Shown here one piece after another: positions 25,806 through 38,552 of a stretch of DNA of 64,000 nt. Position 1 is the stretch's first letter, and every line of letters starts with the position of its first letter. The translations under genes and the position numbers were made by a program. The notes beneath the pieces were generated by a model that was not told the origin of the DNA, did no database searches, and saw nothing but the letters and a program-made list of their open reading frames with translations. Location of the stretch: assembly GCA_030390025.1 (NCBI GenBank), contig CM059431.1:101310001-101374000 (forward strand). Direction: 5' to 3'. The DNA is from Squalus acanthias (taxonomy: Eukaryota).

Positions 25806-26413
25806 TTTAAAACAGAATCCCATCCATCGCAATAAACTTCAGACACCACGCTCCAGGCCCCGACCCATGAGTAATGATATGGAAAACCAATTAGTAACAC
25901 ACTTTCTTTTAACTGACACAGCTTAAAAATACATCTGATGGAAAAGTAAAAGTCTTATTTGTGAAAATGCCTTCTACCTAAGTCAGCAAGCCTGACCCAA
26001 ACATGAACAGTCAGAAATGTACATTTTCAGTATTCCAATAATGCTTTAGCTTTCGCCAGGAAGCTGAACTAGGTGTTCAGATATTAGTAAAGTTCTTAGC
26101 TCCTGCCATTGTATTAATTTCGGAGCTCAAATGGGTATATGCCTGACTCCAGCAGACTGCTTGAATATTCTGCTTGAATAACACAAATTACCAGCTCTTT
26201 TTTTCTCAACATTTATCAGTTCTCAGAATCAGCTACAGTCATCATCAGTGGCAGGAAAAGAAACAAAATGCAAAGCGTCCAAAAAAAATGTTCCATTTAG
26301 CTCAGTGCATTTTACCCGGTTTCTAGCCCCTCTTTTTCTTCCGTGTCTAATGGCACGTGAGGCAACCCATTTCTTCCACCGCATTTACATCCAGCAGATT
26401 GGGTTGTTTCCGT

Positions 26414-27900
26414 AACATAAGAACATAAGAAATAGGAGCAGGAGTAGGCCAATCGGCCCCTCGAGCCTGCTCCGCCATTCAATAAGATCATGGCTGATCT
26501 GATCCTAACCTCAAATCTAAAGAACACAAGAAGTAGGAGCAGGACCCGGCCACTCAGCCCCTGGGCCCGCTCCGCCACCCACAGGGCCTTGACCGATCCG
26601 AACTCAGCCTCATGTCCAATTTCCTGCCCGCTCCCCGTAACCCCTAATTCCCTTTACTTCTAGGAAACTGTCTATTTCTGTTTTAAATTTATTTAATGAT
26701 GTAGCTTCCACAGCTTCCTGGGGCAGCAAATTCCACAGACCTACTACCCTCTGAGTGAAGAAGTTTCTCCTCATCTCAGTTTTGAAAGAGCAGCCCCTTA
26801 TTCTAAGATTATGCCCCCTAGTTCTAGTTTCACCCATCCTTGGGAACATCCTAACCGCATCCACCCGATCAAGCCCCTTCACAATCTTATATGTTTCAAT
26901 AAGATCGCCTCTCATTCTTCTGAACTCCAATGAGTAGAGTCCCAATCTACTCAACCTCTCCTCATATGTCCACCTCCTCATCCCCGGGATTAACCGAGTG
27001 AACCTTCTTTGTACTGCCTCAAGAGCAAGTATGTCTTTTCTTAAGTATGGACACCAAAACTGTATGCAGTATTCCAGCTGCGGTCTCACCAATACCTTAT
27101 ATAACTGCAGCAATACCTCCCTGTTTTTATAATCTATCCCCCTAGCAATAAAAGCCAACATTCCGTTGGCCTTCTTGATCGCCTGCTGCACCTGCATACT
27201 AACTTTTTGATTTTCTTGCACTGGGACCCCCAGATCCCTTTGTACTGCAGTACTTTCCAGTTTCTCGCCATTAAGATAATAACTTGCTCTCTGATTTTTC
27301 CTGCCAAAGTGCATAACCTCACATTTTCCAATATTGTATTGCATCTGCCAAATCTCCGCCCACTCACCCAGCCTGTCTATATCCCCTTGTAGGTTTTTTA
27401 TGTCCTCCTCACTTTCTACTTTCCCTCCCATCTTTGTATCATCTGCAAACTTTGATATGTTACACTCGGTCCCCTCCTCCAAATCGTTAATATAGATTGT
27501 AAAGAGTTGGGGACCCAGCACCGACCCCTGCGGAACACCACTGGCTACTGGTTGCCAGTCCGAGAATGAACCATTTATCCCAACTCTCTGCTTCCTGTTA
27601 GATAACCAATCCTCCACCCATGCCAGAATATTACCCCCAATCCAGTGATTTTTTATCTTGAGCAATAATCTTTTATGTGGCACCTTGTTGAATGCCTTCT
27701 GGAAGTCTAAATACACTACGTCCACTGGTTCCCCTTTATCCACCCTGTACGTTATGTCCTCAAAGAACTCAAGCAAATTTGTCAGACATGACTTCCCCTT
27801 CATAAAGCCATGCTGACTTTGTCCTATTAAATTATGTTTATCTAAATGTTCCGTTACTGTCTCCTTAATAATAGACTCCAAAATTTTACCCACCACAGAT
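26414..27900 (-). mobile_element. CR1 LINE, 5'-truncated, young, intact 428-aa RT C-terminal ORF (26610-27896)
   Basis: SQHGFMKGKSCLTNLL, YLDFQKAF, GVPQGSVLGP, KFADDTK, VRPQLEYC, TRGH, NFFTQRVV; CR1 3' UTR and ttcttatg tail. Confidence 0.95.
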
Positions 27901-28158
27901 GGGTAAAACAGAGACCCTTTTTATGTGGACAGATCTTTAGACTGACTCACAACTCCCTGTAAGAAGACCGACTAGATGCCATTTGGGGGATCATCACTCC
28001 ACTCCCATCGGGGGGGCAAGTATCCTGCTGGATGCCAATCCAGTATTCAGAGGCAGGGAATCTCACCACCATTTACCGAGGCTGTATGAAGTGAGGATGC
28101 TTGCTTTTCTTTTTGGCAAATGAGACACACAATAAGTAATAAGTAATAAATCTACAAC

Positions 28159-28547
28159 TAGTAAATCTAGGCCTTGATCTTACACTGTGATACTAGTGCA
28201 TGAGCGTTTAATGTACTCAGAATGAAATTCATTTGACTACAATTTTAACAATGCTGTTACCCACTGAAAATAAACTCCAACCAGTTTCATTTTAAGTCAA
28301 TGCATTAACAACTTTTTCAACTGGAGAGTTTTTATTTCACAACAAGCAGTACTTGGCCTATGTTGGAGAAATAATGGGTATTTATACCATTGGGACGAGT
28401 GAACTGCATCTATTGGATATAGTATGAATAGCAAGAATTTGACTTCTAGTTCTTGTTAAAATTTCATAAAACACTGGTTAGGCCTCAGCTGGAGTATTGT
28501 GTCCAATTCTGGGCACCACACTTTAGAAAGGATGTCAAGGCCCTGCA
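28159..28547. repeat. Local duplication B, copy 1 (copy 2 at ~58602-58993)
   Basis: ~290 bp unique sequence plus identical CR1 5'-truncation junction, direct orientation. Confidence 0.92.
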
Positions 28548-28560
28548 TAGGGGCAGAGGA

Positions 28561-30003
28561 GATTTTTTTTATTCGTTCACGGGATGTGGGCATCGCTGTA
28601 ATTGCTCATCCCTAATTGCCCTTGAGAAGGTGGTGGTGAGCTGCCTTCTTGAATCGCTGCAGTCCGTGTGGTGAAGGTACTCCCACAGTGCTGTTAGGGA
28701 GGGAGTTCCAGGATTTTGACTCAGCGACGATGAAGGAACAGCCGATATATTACCAAGTCAGGATTTTGTGTGACTTGGAGGTGATGGTGTTGCTGTGCGC
28801 CTGCTGCCCTTGTCCTTCTCAGTGGAAGAGGTCGCAGGTTTGGGAGGTGTTGTCGAAGAAGCCTTGGCGAGTTGCTGCTGTGCATCTTGTAGATGGTGCA
28901 CAGTGCAGCCATGGTGCGCCGGTGGTGCGCCGGTGGTGCAGGGAGTAAACGTTTAAGGTGGTGGATGGGGTGCCAATCAAGCGGGCTGCTTTGTCCTGGA
29001 TGGTGTCGAGCTTCTTGAGTGTTGTTGGAGCTGCACTCATACAGGCAAGTGGAGAGTATTCCATCACACTCCTGACTTGTGCCTTGTAGATGGTGGAAAG
29101 GCTTTGGGGAGTCAGGAGGTGAGACACTCGCCGCAGAATACCTAACCTCTGACCTGCTCTTGTTGCCACAGTATTTATGTGGCTGGCCCAGTTAAGTTTC
29201 TGGTTAATGGTGACCCCCAGGGCGGTGATGGTGGGGGATTCGGCGATGGTAATGCCGTTGAATGTCAAGGGGAGGTGGTTAGACTCTCGCTTGTTGGAGA
29301 TAGTCATTGCCTGGCACTTCTGTGGTGCGAATGTTACCTGTCACTTATCAGCCCAAGCCGGAACGTCGTCCAGGTCTTGTTGCGTGCGGGCATGGACTGC
29401 TTCATTATCTGAGGAGTTGTGAATGGCGCTGAACACTGTGCAGTCATCAGCGAACATCCCCATTTCTGACCTTATGATGGAGGGAAGCTCATTGATGAAG
29501 CAGCTGAAGATGGTTGGGCCTAGGACACTGCCCTGAGGAACTCCTGCAGCGATGTCCTGGGGCTGTGATGATTGACCTTCAACCACCACAACCATCTTCT
29601 TTGTGCTAGGTATGACTCCAGACAGTGGAGAGTTTTCCCCCCGATTCCCATTGACTTCAGTTTTACTAGGGCTCCTTGATGCCACACTCAGTCAAATGCT
29701 GCCTTGATGTAAAGGGCAGTCACTCTCACCTCACCTCTGGAATTCAGCTCCTTTGTCCATGTTTGGACCAAGGCTGTAATGAGGTTGGGAGCCGAGTCTT
29801 CTTGGCGGAACCCAAACTGGGCATCTGTGACCAGGTTATTGGTAAGTAAGTGCCGCTTGATAGCACTGTCGATGACACCTTCCATCACTTTGTTGATGAT
29901 TGAGAGTAGACTGATGGGGCGGTAATTGGCCGGGTTAGATTTGTCCTGCTTTTTGTGGACAGGACATACCTGGGCAGTTTTCCACATTGTCGGATGGATG
30001 CCA
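28561..30003 (-). mobile_element. LINE family B, 5'-truncated
   Basis: Reverse complement of 15120-16550; same RT motifs. Confidence 0.92.
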
Positions 30004-30374
30004 GTAATATAATAAAGGAAAGTATCCCGTATGCCTTCTTAACCACCTTATCTACATGTCCTGCTACCTTTAGAGATCTGTGGACATGCACTCCAAGGTC
30101 CCTCTATTCCTCTACACTTCTCAGTATCCTACCATTTATTGTGTATTCCCTTGCCTTGTTAGCCCTCCCCAAATGCATTACCTCACACTTCTCTGGATTG
30201 AATTCCATTTGCCACTTTTCTGCCCACCTGACCAGTCCATTGATATCTTCCTGCAGTCTACAGCTTTTCTTCCTCACTATCAACCACACGACCAATTTTT
30301 GCATCATCTGGAAACTTCTTAAACATGCCCCCTACATTGAAGTCTAAAGCATGGGTGTATACCACAAAAAGCAG

Positions 30375-30800
30375 ATGTCCCAAAGCACTACAGCCAATGA
30401 AGAACTTTTTGAAGTGTAGTCACTGTTGTAATGTAGGAAACGCGACAGCCAATTTGCGCACAGCAAGCTCCCACAAACAGCAATGTGATAATAACCAGAT
30501 AATCTGGTTTTTTTTGTTATGTTGGTTGAGGGATAAATATTGGCCAGGACACCGGGGAGAACTCCACTACTCTCCTTCGAAATAGTGCCATGGGATCTTT
30601 TACGTCCACCTGAGAGAGCAGACGGGGCCTCGGTTTAACATCTCATCTGAAAGACGGCACCTCCGACAGTGCAGCACTCCCTCAGCACTGCACTGGAGTG
30701 TCTGCCTAGCTTTATGTGCTCAAGTCCCTGGAGTGGGACTTGAACCCACAACCTTCTGACTCAGAGGCGAGTGTGCTACCTGCTGAGCCACAGCTGACAC
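30375..30800 (-). mobile_element. Deu-SINE
   Basis: Same family. Confidence 0.87.
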
Positions 30801-31621
30801 TATTGCTGTTAAAGTTACCACTGAGCACGATTCAGTTGGGGAAACAAAGCCAGTGAAGCAGCAACTGAGATCTTCTTTTAAAACTGCAGTTTGGAAACTA
30901 GAGTCCAGACATTTGGTTTTGTGACATCAACACAATTTCGCAAGATTAGTCCCATTGTACCCAACATTGAAATTCTGCACCACAAATGCTCCCAGATAGG
31001 TTTTATTCTTTTATTTATATCATCTAAACCCTCCGTCATTATACATTTTAAAACCAGCCGTGCAATTTCTGTTGTTAAAACAAGTGCCGCACAAAGGCAG
31101 CTTGAAATTATCGTGCTATGAGTTTCACAGAAAAGATAAGCCGAATAAAGTTTTACCAAAAGGTGCAGTTAACAATGCGGCCTTCCACTTGTGGGGGAGA
31201 CCAAAACTAGGGAACATAAATATAAAATAGTCACTAATAAATCCAGTAAGGAATTCAAGAGAAACTTCTTTACCCAGACAGTGGTTAGAATGTGGAACTC
31301 GCTACCGCAAGGAGTAGTTGAGGCGAATAGCATTTAAGGGGAAGCTAGGTAAGTACGTGAGGAAGAAAGGAATAGAAGGATCTGTTGATAGGGTGAGATG
31401 AAGAGGGGTGGGAGGAGGCTCGTGTGGAGCATAAACACCGGCACGGACCAGTTGGGCCGAATGGCCTGTTTCTGTGGTGTCAATTCTACGTAATTCAGCA
31501 AATTCACAACCACAGTAACGTCAAACCTTCAACAAAACTTTGATAATCTTCGCAGCAATTCAAACCACAGCAAAAGAATTTGTTTAAACCAAGAACAGTG
31601 GTTAAGGAGAAGAGTACTTAC

Positions 31622-31669
31622 CAATCCACTGAATGCCAAAATCCATATAGTGGTACTAGACGTCAAAAG
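31622..31669 (-). CDS. UBAC2: UBAC2 internal coding exon (48 bp, equivalent to human exon 6)
   Basis: Minus strand ttttgcattgcAG|CTT TTG ACG TCT AGT ACC ACT ATA TGG ATT TTG GCA TTC AGT GGA TTG|GTaagt = LLTSSTTIWILAFSGL, vs recalled human LFTSGSYIWIVAISGL; phase 0 fits the preceding exon. Not in the ORF track. Confidence 0.92.
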
Positions 31670-31859
31670 CTGCAATGCAAAACAAAACATTAATGGGTAA
31701 CTGCAGATGAACTAGAATTACACACCTTGCTTTTCAATATTGCATGGGCAATTCCTATTTTCCATTATCTTCAAGAGAGAAAAAGAAGATTAATGTCAGT
31801 GACAGTGTACTTTCTTTCTTGGGATCAGGCCAGCATTTAGCAAGTCCAAGTCGGGAATA

Positions 31860-32020
31860 GAACAGATCATAGGGAGAAGGAAGGGATAAAGATGGAACTT
31901 CTTGCTCTGTGGCTATTTCCAATCTGAGATGAGTCATCAAGTTGCCAACTGGTCACCTGAGGAATACCGAAAGCATGCCACTGGCCACCTGCATAATTCA
32001 CAATATGGGCTCCTCATGTG
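31860..32020. repeat. Local duplication C, copy 1 (copy 2 at ~32815-32975)
   Basis: gaacagatcatagggagaagg...caatatgggctcctc nearly identical in both. Confidence 0.93.
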
Positions 32021-32637
32021 CCGAGGTACATAGGAACAGCAGTAGGCCATTCAGCCCCTCATGCCTGCTCTGCCATTAGATCGTGGCTGATCTGTATCTT
32101 AACTACATCTATCCCCGCCTTGGTTCTGTAACCCTTACCCAATAAAAGTCTATCAATCTCAGTTCTGAAATTTTCAATTGACTCCCAGCCTCAATGGCTT
32201 TTTTTTTGGGGGGGGGGGGCGAGAGAGTTCCAGATATCCACTACCCTTTCTGGGAAGAAGTGTTTCCTGACATTACCCCTGAACGGCCTAGCTCTAATTT
32301 TTAAGGTTATGCCCTCCTTGTTCTGGACTCCACCCCTCCCACCACTCACCTCCAACCAGAGGAAATAGTTTCTCTCTATCTACCCTATCAACTCCTTTAA
32401 TCATCTTAAAATACCTCAATTAGAGTGGCATCTGTGAATTATAACTTCAGGAGGAAGGTCTATGAGGCGTATTCAGGTGATACGTGGCAACTGTAACTAC
32501 CTGGGCTGGGCCGAGCTGGCAGATCACACGGGTGAGGATGAGCCTCAGAAAAGTAAAGGTCCTTTTACCACACAGTAACAGCGATTAGAGTGATTAAGTT
32601 TTTTGTTAAACCGCCAGAGGATGATTTTTGTTTAAAC

Positions 32638-32820
32638 TTCATTCTCGGGATGTGGGCGTTGCTGCCAAGGTCGGCATTTATTGCCCATCCCCAGTTGCCC
32701 TTGAGAAGGTGGTGGTGAGCTGCCTTCTTGAACCGCTGCAGTCCGTGTGGTGAAGGTGCTCCCACGGTGCTGTTAGGGAGGGAGTTCCAGGATTTTGACC
32801 CAGCGACGATGAAGGAACAG
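32638..32820 (-). mobile_element. LINE family B short 3' fragment
   Basis: Matches 85-268. Confidence 0.88.
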
Positions 32821-33037
32821 ATCATAGGGAGAAGGAAGGGATAAAGATGGAACTTCTTGCTCTGTGGCTATTTCCAATCTGAGATGAGTCATCAAGTTGC
32901 CAACTGGTCACCTGAGGAATACCGAAAGCATGCCACTGGCCACCTGCATGGTTCACAATATGGGCTCCTCGTGTCCCAGCCTGGATGGTGTGAGATTTGG
33001 GATGGGAACCCTGGATGAAATTGAGGACTTATGACAA

Positions 33038-33596
33038 TGACAACAACAACTTGCATTTTTATAGCTCCTTTAACATAGTAAAACGTCCTAAGGTGCATTA
33101 TCAGACAAAATTTGACACCGAGCAAGATAAGGAGATAAAGCTTGGTCTAAGAGGTAGGTTTTAAGGAGCGTCTTAAAGGAGAAGAGAGAGGCAGAGAGAT
33201 TTAGGGAGGGATTTCCAGAGCTTAGGGCTAGACGGCTGATAGCATGGTCGTCAACGGTGGAGCGAAGAAAATTGGAGCTGCGCAAGAGGCCAGAATTGAA
33301 GGTGCGCAGCAGAGATCTCGGAGGGCTGTAGGGCTGATGAAGGTTACAGAGATCGGAAGGGACTAGGGAACTGAGGGATTTGAAAACAAGGATGAGAATT
33401 TTAAAATTGGGACGTTGCCGGACCGGGAGTCAAGTTAGGCCAGCGAGCACAGGGGTGATGGGTAAACGGGACTGGGTGTGAGTTAGGATGCGGACAGCCG
33501 AGTTTTTGTTTGAGCTCAAGTTTAACAAGGGTGCAAGGTGGGAGGCTGGCCAGGAGAGCATTGGAATAGTCCAGTCTAGAGGTAACAAAGGCATGA
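33038..33596 (-). mobile_element. L2 LINE 3' fragment (other minus copies near 9880-10165, 14450-14660, 22078-22280, 42020-42500, 48135-48480, 50200-50490, 52195-52330)
   Basis: HAFVTSRLDYSNALLASLP; caacaacttgcatt tail. Confidence 0.88.
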
Positions 33597-33949
33597 CAAC
33601 TGTCAAATAATGTGAGTTGGAGCAGCTGGAGAGGTGAAGACAATGTACGGGACAGGGTGGAGAGGGTGGATTTCATGACACAGTGACAACAGTGGTTGAC
33701 AGGAGTGTTGGACACCACAGAGATATCTGTGATCATGGGAGGATGAGAAACAGGATGGATGTTTACCAACTCGCATTTCTCAACATTTTGTCAGTCTTCC
33801 CATTTCCCTAGCTATTTATGCACCCTGTTTCTTTAATATTTCTGTCCGTGACATCATTCCACTCATGAAGCCCCTCAGGAGTTGCCTGTTTTTATTTATT
33901 ATATCTCTTCTCTTTTTTTGATTCAATCAATATGCCTGTTGCTTCTTAT

Positions 33950-34050
33950 TTTCCCGTTCTGAAGAAGGATGTGCGCCTGAAATGTAAACTTGCCTGTTCT
34001 CGCCACAGATGCTGCCTGACCTGCTGTCTGTTTCCGGCATTTCCACTTTT
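33950..34050 (+). mobile_element. Old Penelope-derived remnant with hammerhead-like core (33956-33989)
   Basis: GTT-CTGAAGA-AGG-atgtgcg-CCT-GAAATGTA-AAC followed by ccacagatgctgcctgacctgctg, the same motif as the 9.1 and 49.2 kb copies. Confidence 0.65.
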
Positions 34051-34435
34051 GATAAACTCTTTGTCTCTTTAAGGTGTGCAAATGTCTTTCACAGGCTACA
34101 CGTGATGGTGAAATTGCACGGGTAATTTGTGTTGTAAAGGAGAGTTCAGAGTGGCTGAGAATCACGTGAACACTGAAGAACTGTGAGAAAACCGCTGGCA
34201 AAAAAAATGAGTAATTAAGGTTGTGCATCTCTCTACTATCAGTTTGTACCAACCGGGATCTAAATCATCACCATAATATGGATCTCACCTGCATAGGCAC
34301 CAGTTCAGAACTTTTAATTAGAGACTTATATTGATGAACATCAGTCACAATTTCCAACCAAGCCGCATTTCCCCTTACCAGCGTGCCACTGGTTACTTTG
34401 CATTCACTAGACACTAGTTACAATCGTATACATAC

Positions 34436-34559
34436 CTGCAGACCCACAATGTAGACAAGGGTTTTGTTTGTTATGGAGAAGCTGCCCAGGATTTGCGTCA
34501 CTTGAACACTTGGAATGGAGTAGAAGAAAGGTACAAACAGAGCAAAGACGGGACCCAGA
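34436..34559 (-). CDS. UBAC2: UBAC2 internal coding exon (124 bp, equivalent to human exon 5)
   Basis: Minus strand cttcatcttAG|T CTG GGT CCC...CTG CAG|GTatg encodes LGPVFALFVPFFYSIPSVQVTQILGSFSITNKTLVYIVGLQ, matching recalled human LAPVFALFVPFYCSIPRVQVAQILGPLSITNKTLIYILGLQ. Confidence 0.95.
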
Positions 34560-36829
34560 CTAAGATGAAGGAAGAAAAAAAAAACTACATTAAATATCTG
34601 GAGATAACACGTCGGGACACTCTCGGAATTTGTGTCATATCCTGCACATTTTAACAATTTTCATCTAGCATTAGCAGTACCTAATTTTCCTAACAAAAGC
34701 AGATAAACATCAATATAAACTGAACATCTTTCTCAATGCATTGGGGTAGATTTTCACCTTCACTAAATGGGTGGTAATCTGGCTGGTTAGATCACACCAT
34801 ACCCTTGTTAGAACTCCGTTGACATCAAAGTCATGAAACTCAGACGGGTTAGATAGAGGTTTTTATGATTGTGAAAGGGTTTTGATAGGGTAGATGTAGA
34901 GAAGATGTTTCCACTTGTGGGGGAAACCAAAACCAGAGGCTATCAATATAAGATAGTCACTAATAAATCCAATCGGGAATTTAGGAGAAACCTCTTTACC
35001 CAGAGAGTGGTGAGAATGTGGAACTCGCTCCCACAGGGAGTGGTTGAGGCGAACAGCAGAGATGCATTTAAGGGAAAGCTATATAAACACATGAGGGAGA
35101 AAGGAATAGAAGGATATGTTGATAGGGTGAGATGAAGAGGGGTGGGAGGAGGCTCGTGTGGAGCAGAAACACCGACACGGACCAGTTGGGCCGAATGGCC
35201 TGTTTCTGTGCTGTAAAACCCTAGATCAAGGAAGTGTGATCTGCCCTGTCAGGCAAAAATCAACCCCACTGTTTCCAAATTTTATCTCCCATGTTTCTTT
35301 GTGTTTATGTACTCTAATCATGATGTTTACGTCTTCAGAGTAACTGATGTATTTTTTTTAAACTTCTTGATTGCGCCATATTAGCAGCGACAAATAGCAG
35401 GGCGCGATTTTGTAAATTAAATAATATTCTTTCACCGGAGCACGTTGCTTGTGCAAGAGATGTGCTGTTCAGTGAATTCGTTGCAACACAGCAACACTTC
35501 AGCTTTTAACATTACATGATTGCAAACAGGATGTTTTAACCAGAGAAAGTAAGACAAAGAAGATGTAATTTATGACAAGATACTGAGCCAATCTGTATGT
35601 GTAACACTATACTACTGGCTTAACCGTTTGTAATGACAATCCTAACCCAAACACAAAATGTTTCCCTAATTCATTGCCTGTTATCATCCAACAGGATATT
35701 GTCAGTAAAATGTGTGAATCGTCTTTTACATACCAACATGTTTTTGTACACGGTGACATTTTAGAGAAGCTACTTTCATGTAAATGTGCTGCAGTGTGAG
35801 TGATTAAATAGACTGATTGATGCAGACAAGTACAAGATCATAAGCATTCTATGCAAATCATGATTTAAGCTACATAGATATACAGTTACATAGAATCTAC
35901 AGCACAGAAACAGGCCATTCGGCCCAACTGGTCCGTGCCGGTGTTTATGCTCCACACGAGCCTCCTCCCACCCCTCTTCATCTCACCCTATCAGCATAAC
36001 CTTCTATTCCTTTCTCCCTCATGTACTTACCTAGCTTCCCCTTAAAGGCAACTATTGGATTTATTTGTGACTATCTTATGCCTCAGTTAGTTTGACAAGT
36101 GATCAACTGAGACCATAAGGTCCCAGGTTCCATCTCCAGTCTGTGCTCAGTTATCTGATCTCAGTCAACCGTGCCAACGCCCCGGCCCCCGCACCCAATC
36201 ATTCTCTCTGGGGCCCACTCAAGTGGCAAAAGTCAACAATCTACCCCAGTCATTTTCGAGCCTTTGTTTGGAAGAATAGTGCTTTTCAGATATACACACA
36301 CACACACACTCTAAAACAGTGCAAATTTCAATTTCATAGAATGATACAGCACAAGAGGCCATTCGGCCCATTGTGCCTGTGCCGGCTCTTTGAAAGAGCA
36401 ATCCAATTAGTTCCACTCCCTGCTCTTTCCCCATAGCCCTGTGAATTTATCTTTTTCAAGTATTTATCCAATTCCCCTTTGAAAGTTATTGAATCTGCTT
36501 CCATCGCCCTTTCAGGCGGCGCATTCCAGATCATAACAATAAATTTGTGACATCTTCCAACTCATTTCACTTGAGATTCTTCCAACAAGTAGAGAGAAGA
36601 CTTGTATTCCATCAAGTGCATTTGAACACAGTGAATGAAGTGTTTTAACTCACACCACCTTCAACTCGTTTTGTTTATTCTTATGTATTCATCATGGCAA
36701 GAAACAGAAGGAATAGCTTTGATAAGAAATGGAACATATTTAAACCCACAACCTGCACCAAGCATTCTCAGGTCATTTACAGCACTGGGGAAGCTCACCT
36801 CACCTCAGCTCGAAAAGGTATCAGCATAG

Positions 36830-37272
36830 ATCTCAGCTGTGGCTCAGTGGGTTAGCACCCTCGCCTCTGAGTCAGAAGGTTGTGGGTTCAAGAGACTTGA
36901 GCACAAAATCTAGACTGATAGTCCCAGTGCAGTACTGAGGGAGTGCTGCACTGTCAGAGGTGCTGTTTTTCAGATGAGACGTTAAACCAAGGCCTCATCT
37001 GCCCTCTCAGGCAGACATAAAAGATCCCAAGGTTGCTGTTTCGAAGAAGGGCAGGGGAGTTCTCCCCGGTGTCCTGGGGCCAATATTTATCCCTCAACCA
37101 ACATCACTAAAAACAGATTATCTGGTCATTATCGCATTGCTACTTGCAAACTGGCTGCCCCGTTTCCTACATTACAACAGTGACTACACTTCAAAAAGTA
37201 CTTCAATGGCTGTAAAGCGCTTTGGGACGTCCTGAGCTCATGAAAGGCGCTATATAAATGCAAGTCTTTTTC
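36830..37272 (+). mobile_element. Deu-SINE
   Basis: Same family. Confidence 0.87.
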
Positions 37273-37606
37273 TTGGGGAAATGGATTAATTCAGACTGGC
37301 ATGCTGATCTTCTCATATGTATTACATAATGTAAACGCAAGAAGGTTATTTAAATTGAGCTGTAAGCATAGAGCTGGACAATATTACAGAAGCTACTGTG
37401 GTTGGTGGCCCAGCTTCAGGCTCCACTACACCACTCACTTCCTTGTCTTTTCAGCAACAATGCAGATGTTCCTCTGGTATATTTTTAAGTGTATAGTTCC
37501 AGACAAACCTATGTGCCAACAACTGAGACATTTTTTCTTGTGAATGTTTGAAGAAAATAAATATATAGACAACTAGTTTCATCAACATTTTCAAATGAAG
37601 AAACAA

Positions 37607-37835
37607 TGAGAGAGAGAGAGAGAGAGAGAGAGAACAAAAGAGAGAGAGGGAAAGAAAGAGAGGGGAAAAGTGAGACAAAGAGAAAGAGTGAGGAAAAGAG
37701 AAAGAGAGAAAGGAGAAAGAGTGAGAAAGAGAAAAAGAGGAGAGAGTAAGAGAGTAAAAGAGAGAAAGTGAGAGTGAAAGAGCGTGAGAGAGAGAGAAAG
37801 AGTGAGAAAGAGAGCAAGAGAGATGGATGGATGGA
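37607..37835. repeat. (GA)n / purine-rich low-complexity tract
   Basis: Direct reading. Confidence 0.95.
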
Positions 37836-38552
37836 GTGAGGTGTAGAGATGAAGTTATTTTTTATTAATGCCGGATGAGGTTTCAAGGATGGTGTTTGGA
37901 TGCCAGAAAACAAGAGCAATAATACAGGAAGGAAGGATAGGGGCAGGCTGGAGAAGGTTACATCTATAATAGAAACAAAGGAAAGGTGAAGCAAATAAAT
38001 ATGCAAAGGAAAAGGAAAGGACAAAATAAAAGCACAGCGTAATTGGAATTCTCCAAAGTACGTACAATCTATGCATCACCCTGTTATTTAAGATGTTAAT
38101 CATGACTCATGCAACACAAGGGCCACTAACAGCCCAGTTACATGAAGACATTAGTCATGCAACGAAAAGTGACCCAACTTTACAGGAAACACATCTGGTG
38201 CTGAAGGGGACAGTCAAACGTGAAGAGAGTGGGTGGGGAAAAATATCAGCTGCCTCATAGAACCCTCAGAATAGAGTAGCTGTAATTTTTTATTTATAAT
38301 ACTTGGCTGAAACACAAGTAGTTAAAAAAAAAACCACGGGCAAATTCAAGGATGTTTCCTTCAGCGAGGATATGGCATCGCTGATGTGTAGCTACCCGAA
38401 AAATACAGACACGGCGCTCATTCAGGAGCCCCTGAACACACACTGTCAGACTGAGCAGGAATTGAATGCAAAAGTAGGGAGGTTATGCTTCAGTTATACA
38501 GAAGTGAGAAGTCGCACAACACCAGGTTATAGTCCAACAGTTTTATTTGAAA

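Noticed and set aside
26610..27896. 428-aa reverse transcriptase as a domesticated gene or retron-like system
   Set aside because: Ordinary 5'-truncated CR1 ORF2 with 3' UTR and tail.
28913..28938. ggtgcgccggt tandem duplication
   Set aside because: Small slippage event inside a dead LINE.
1..31600. Next UBAC2 exon (GMGATLDIQRQQ) and, to the right, the preceding exon and GPR18
   Set aside because: Not found by eye; probably outside the window, though a diverged exon could have been missed.
37509..38024. 171-aa Leu/Ser/Phe-rich membrane-like ORF
   Set aside because: Translation of the (GA)n tract.
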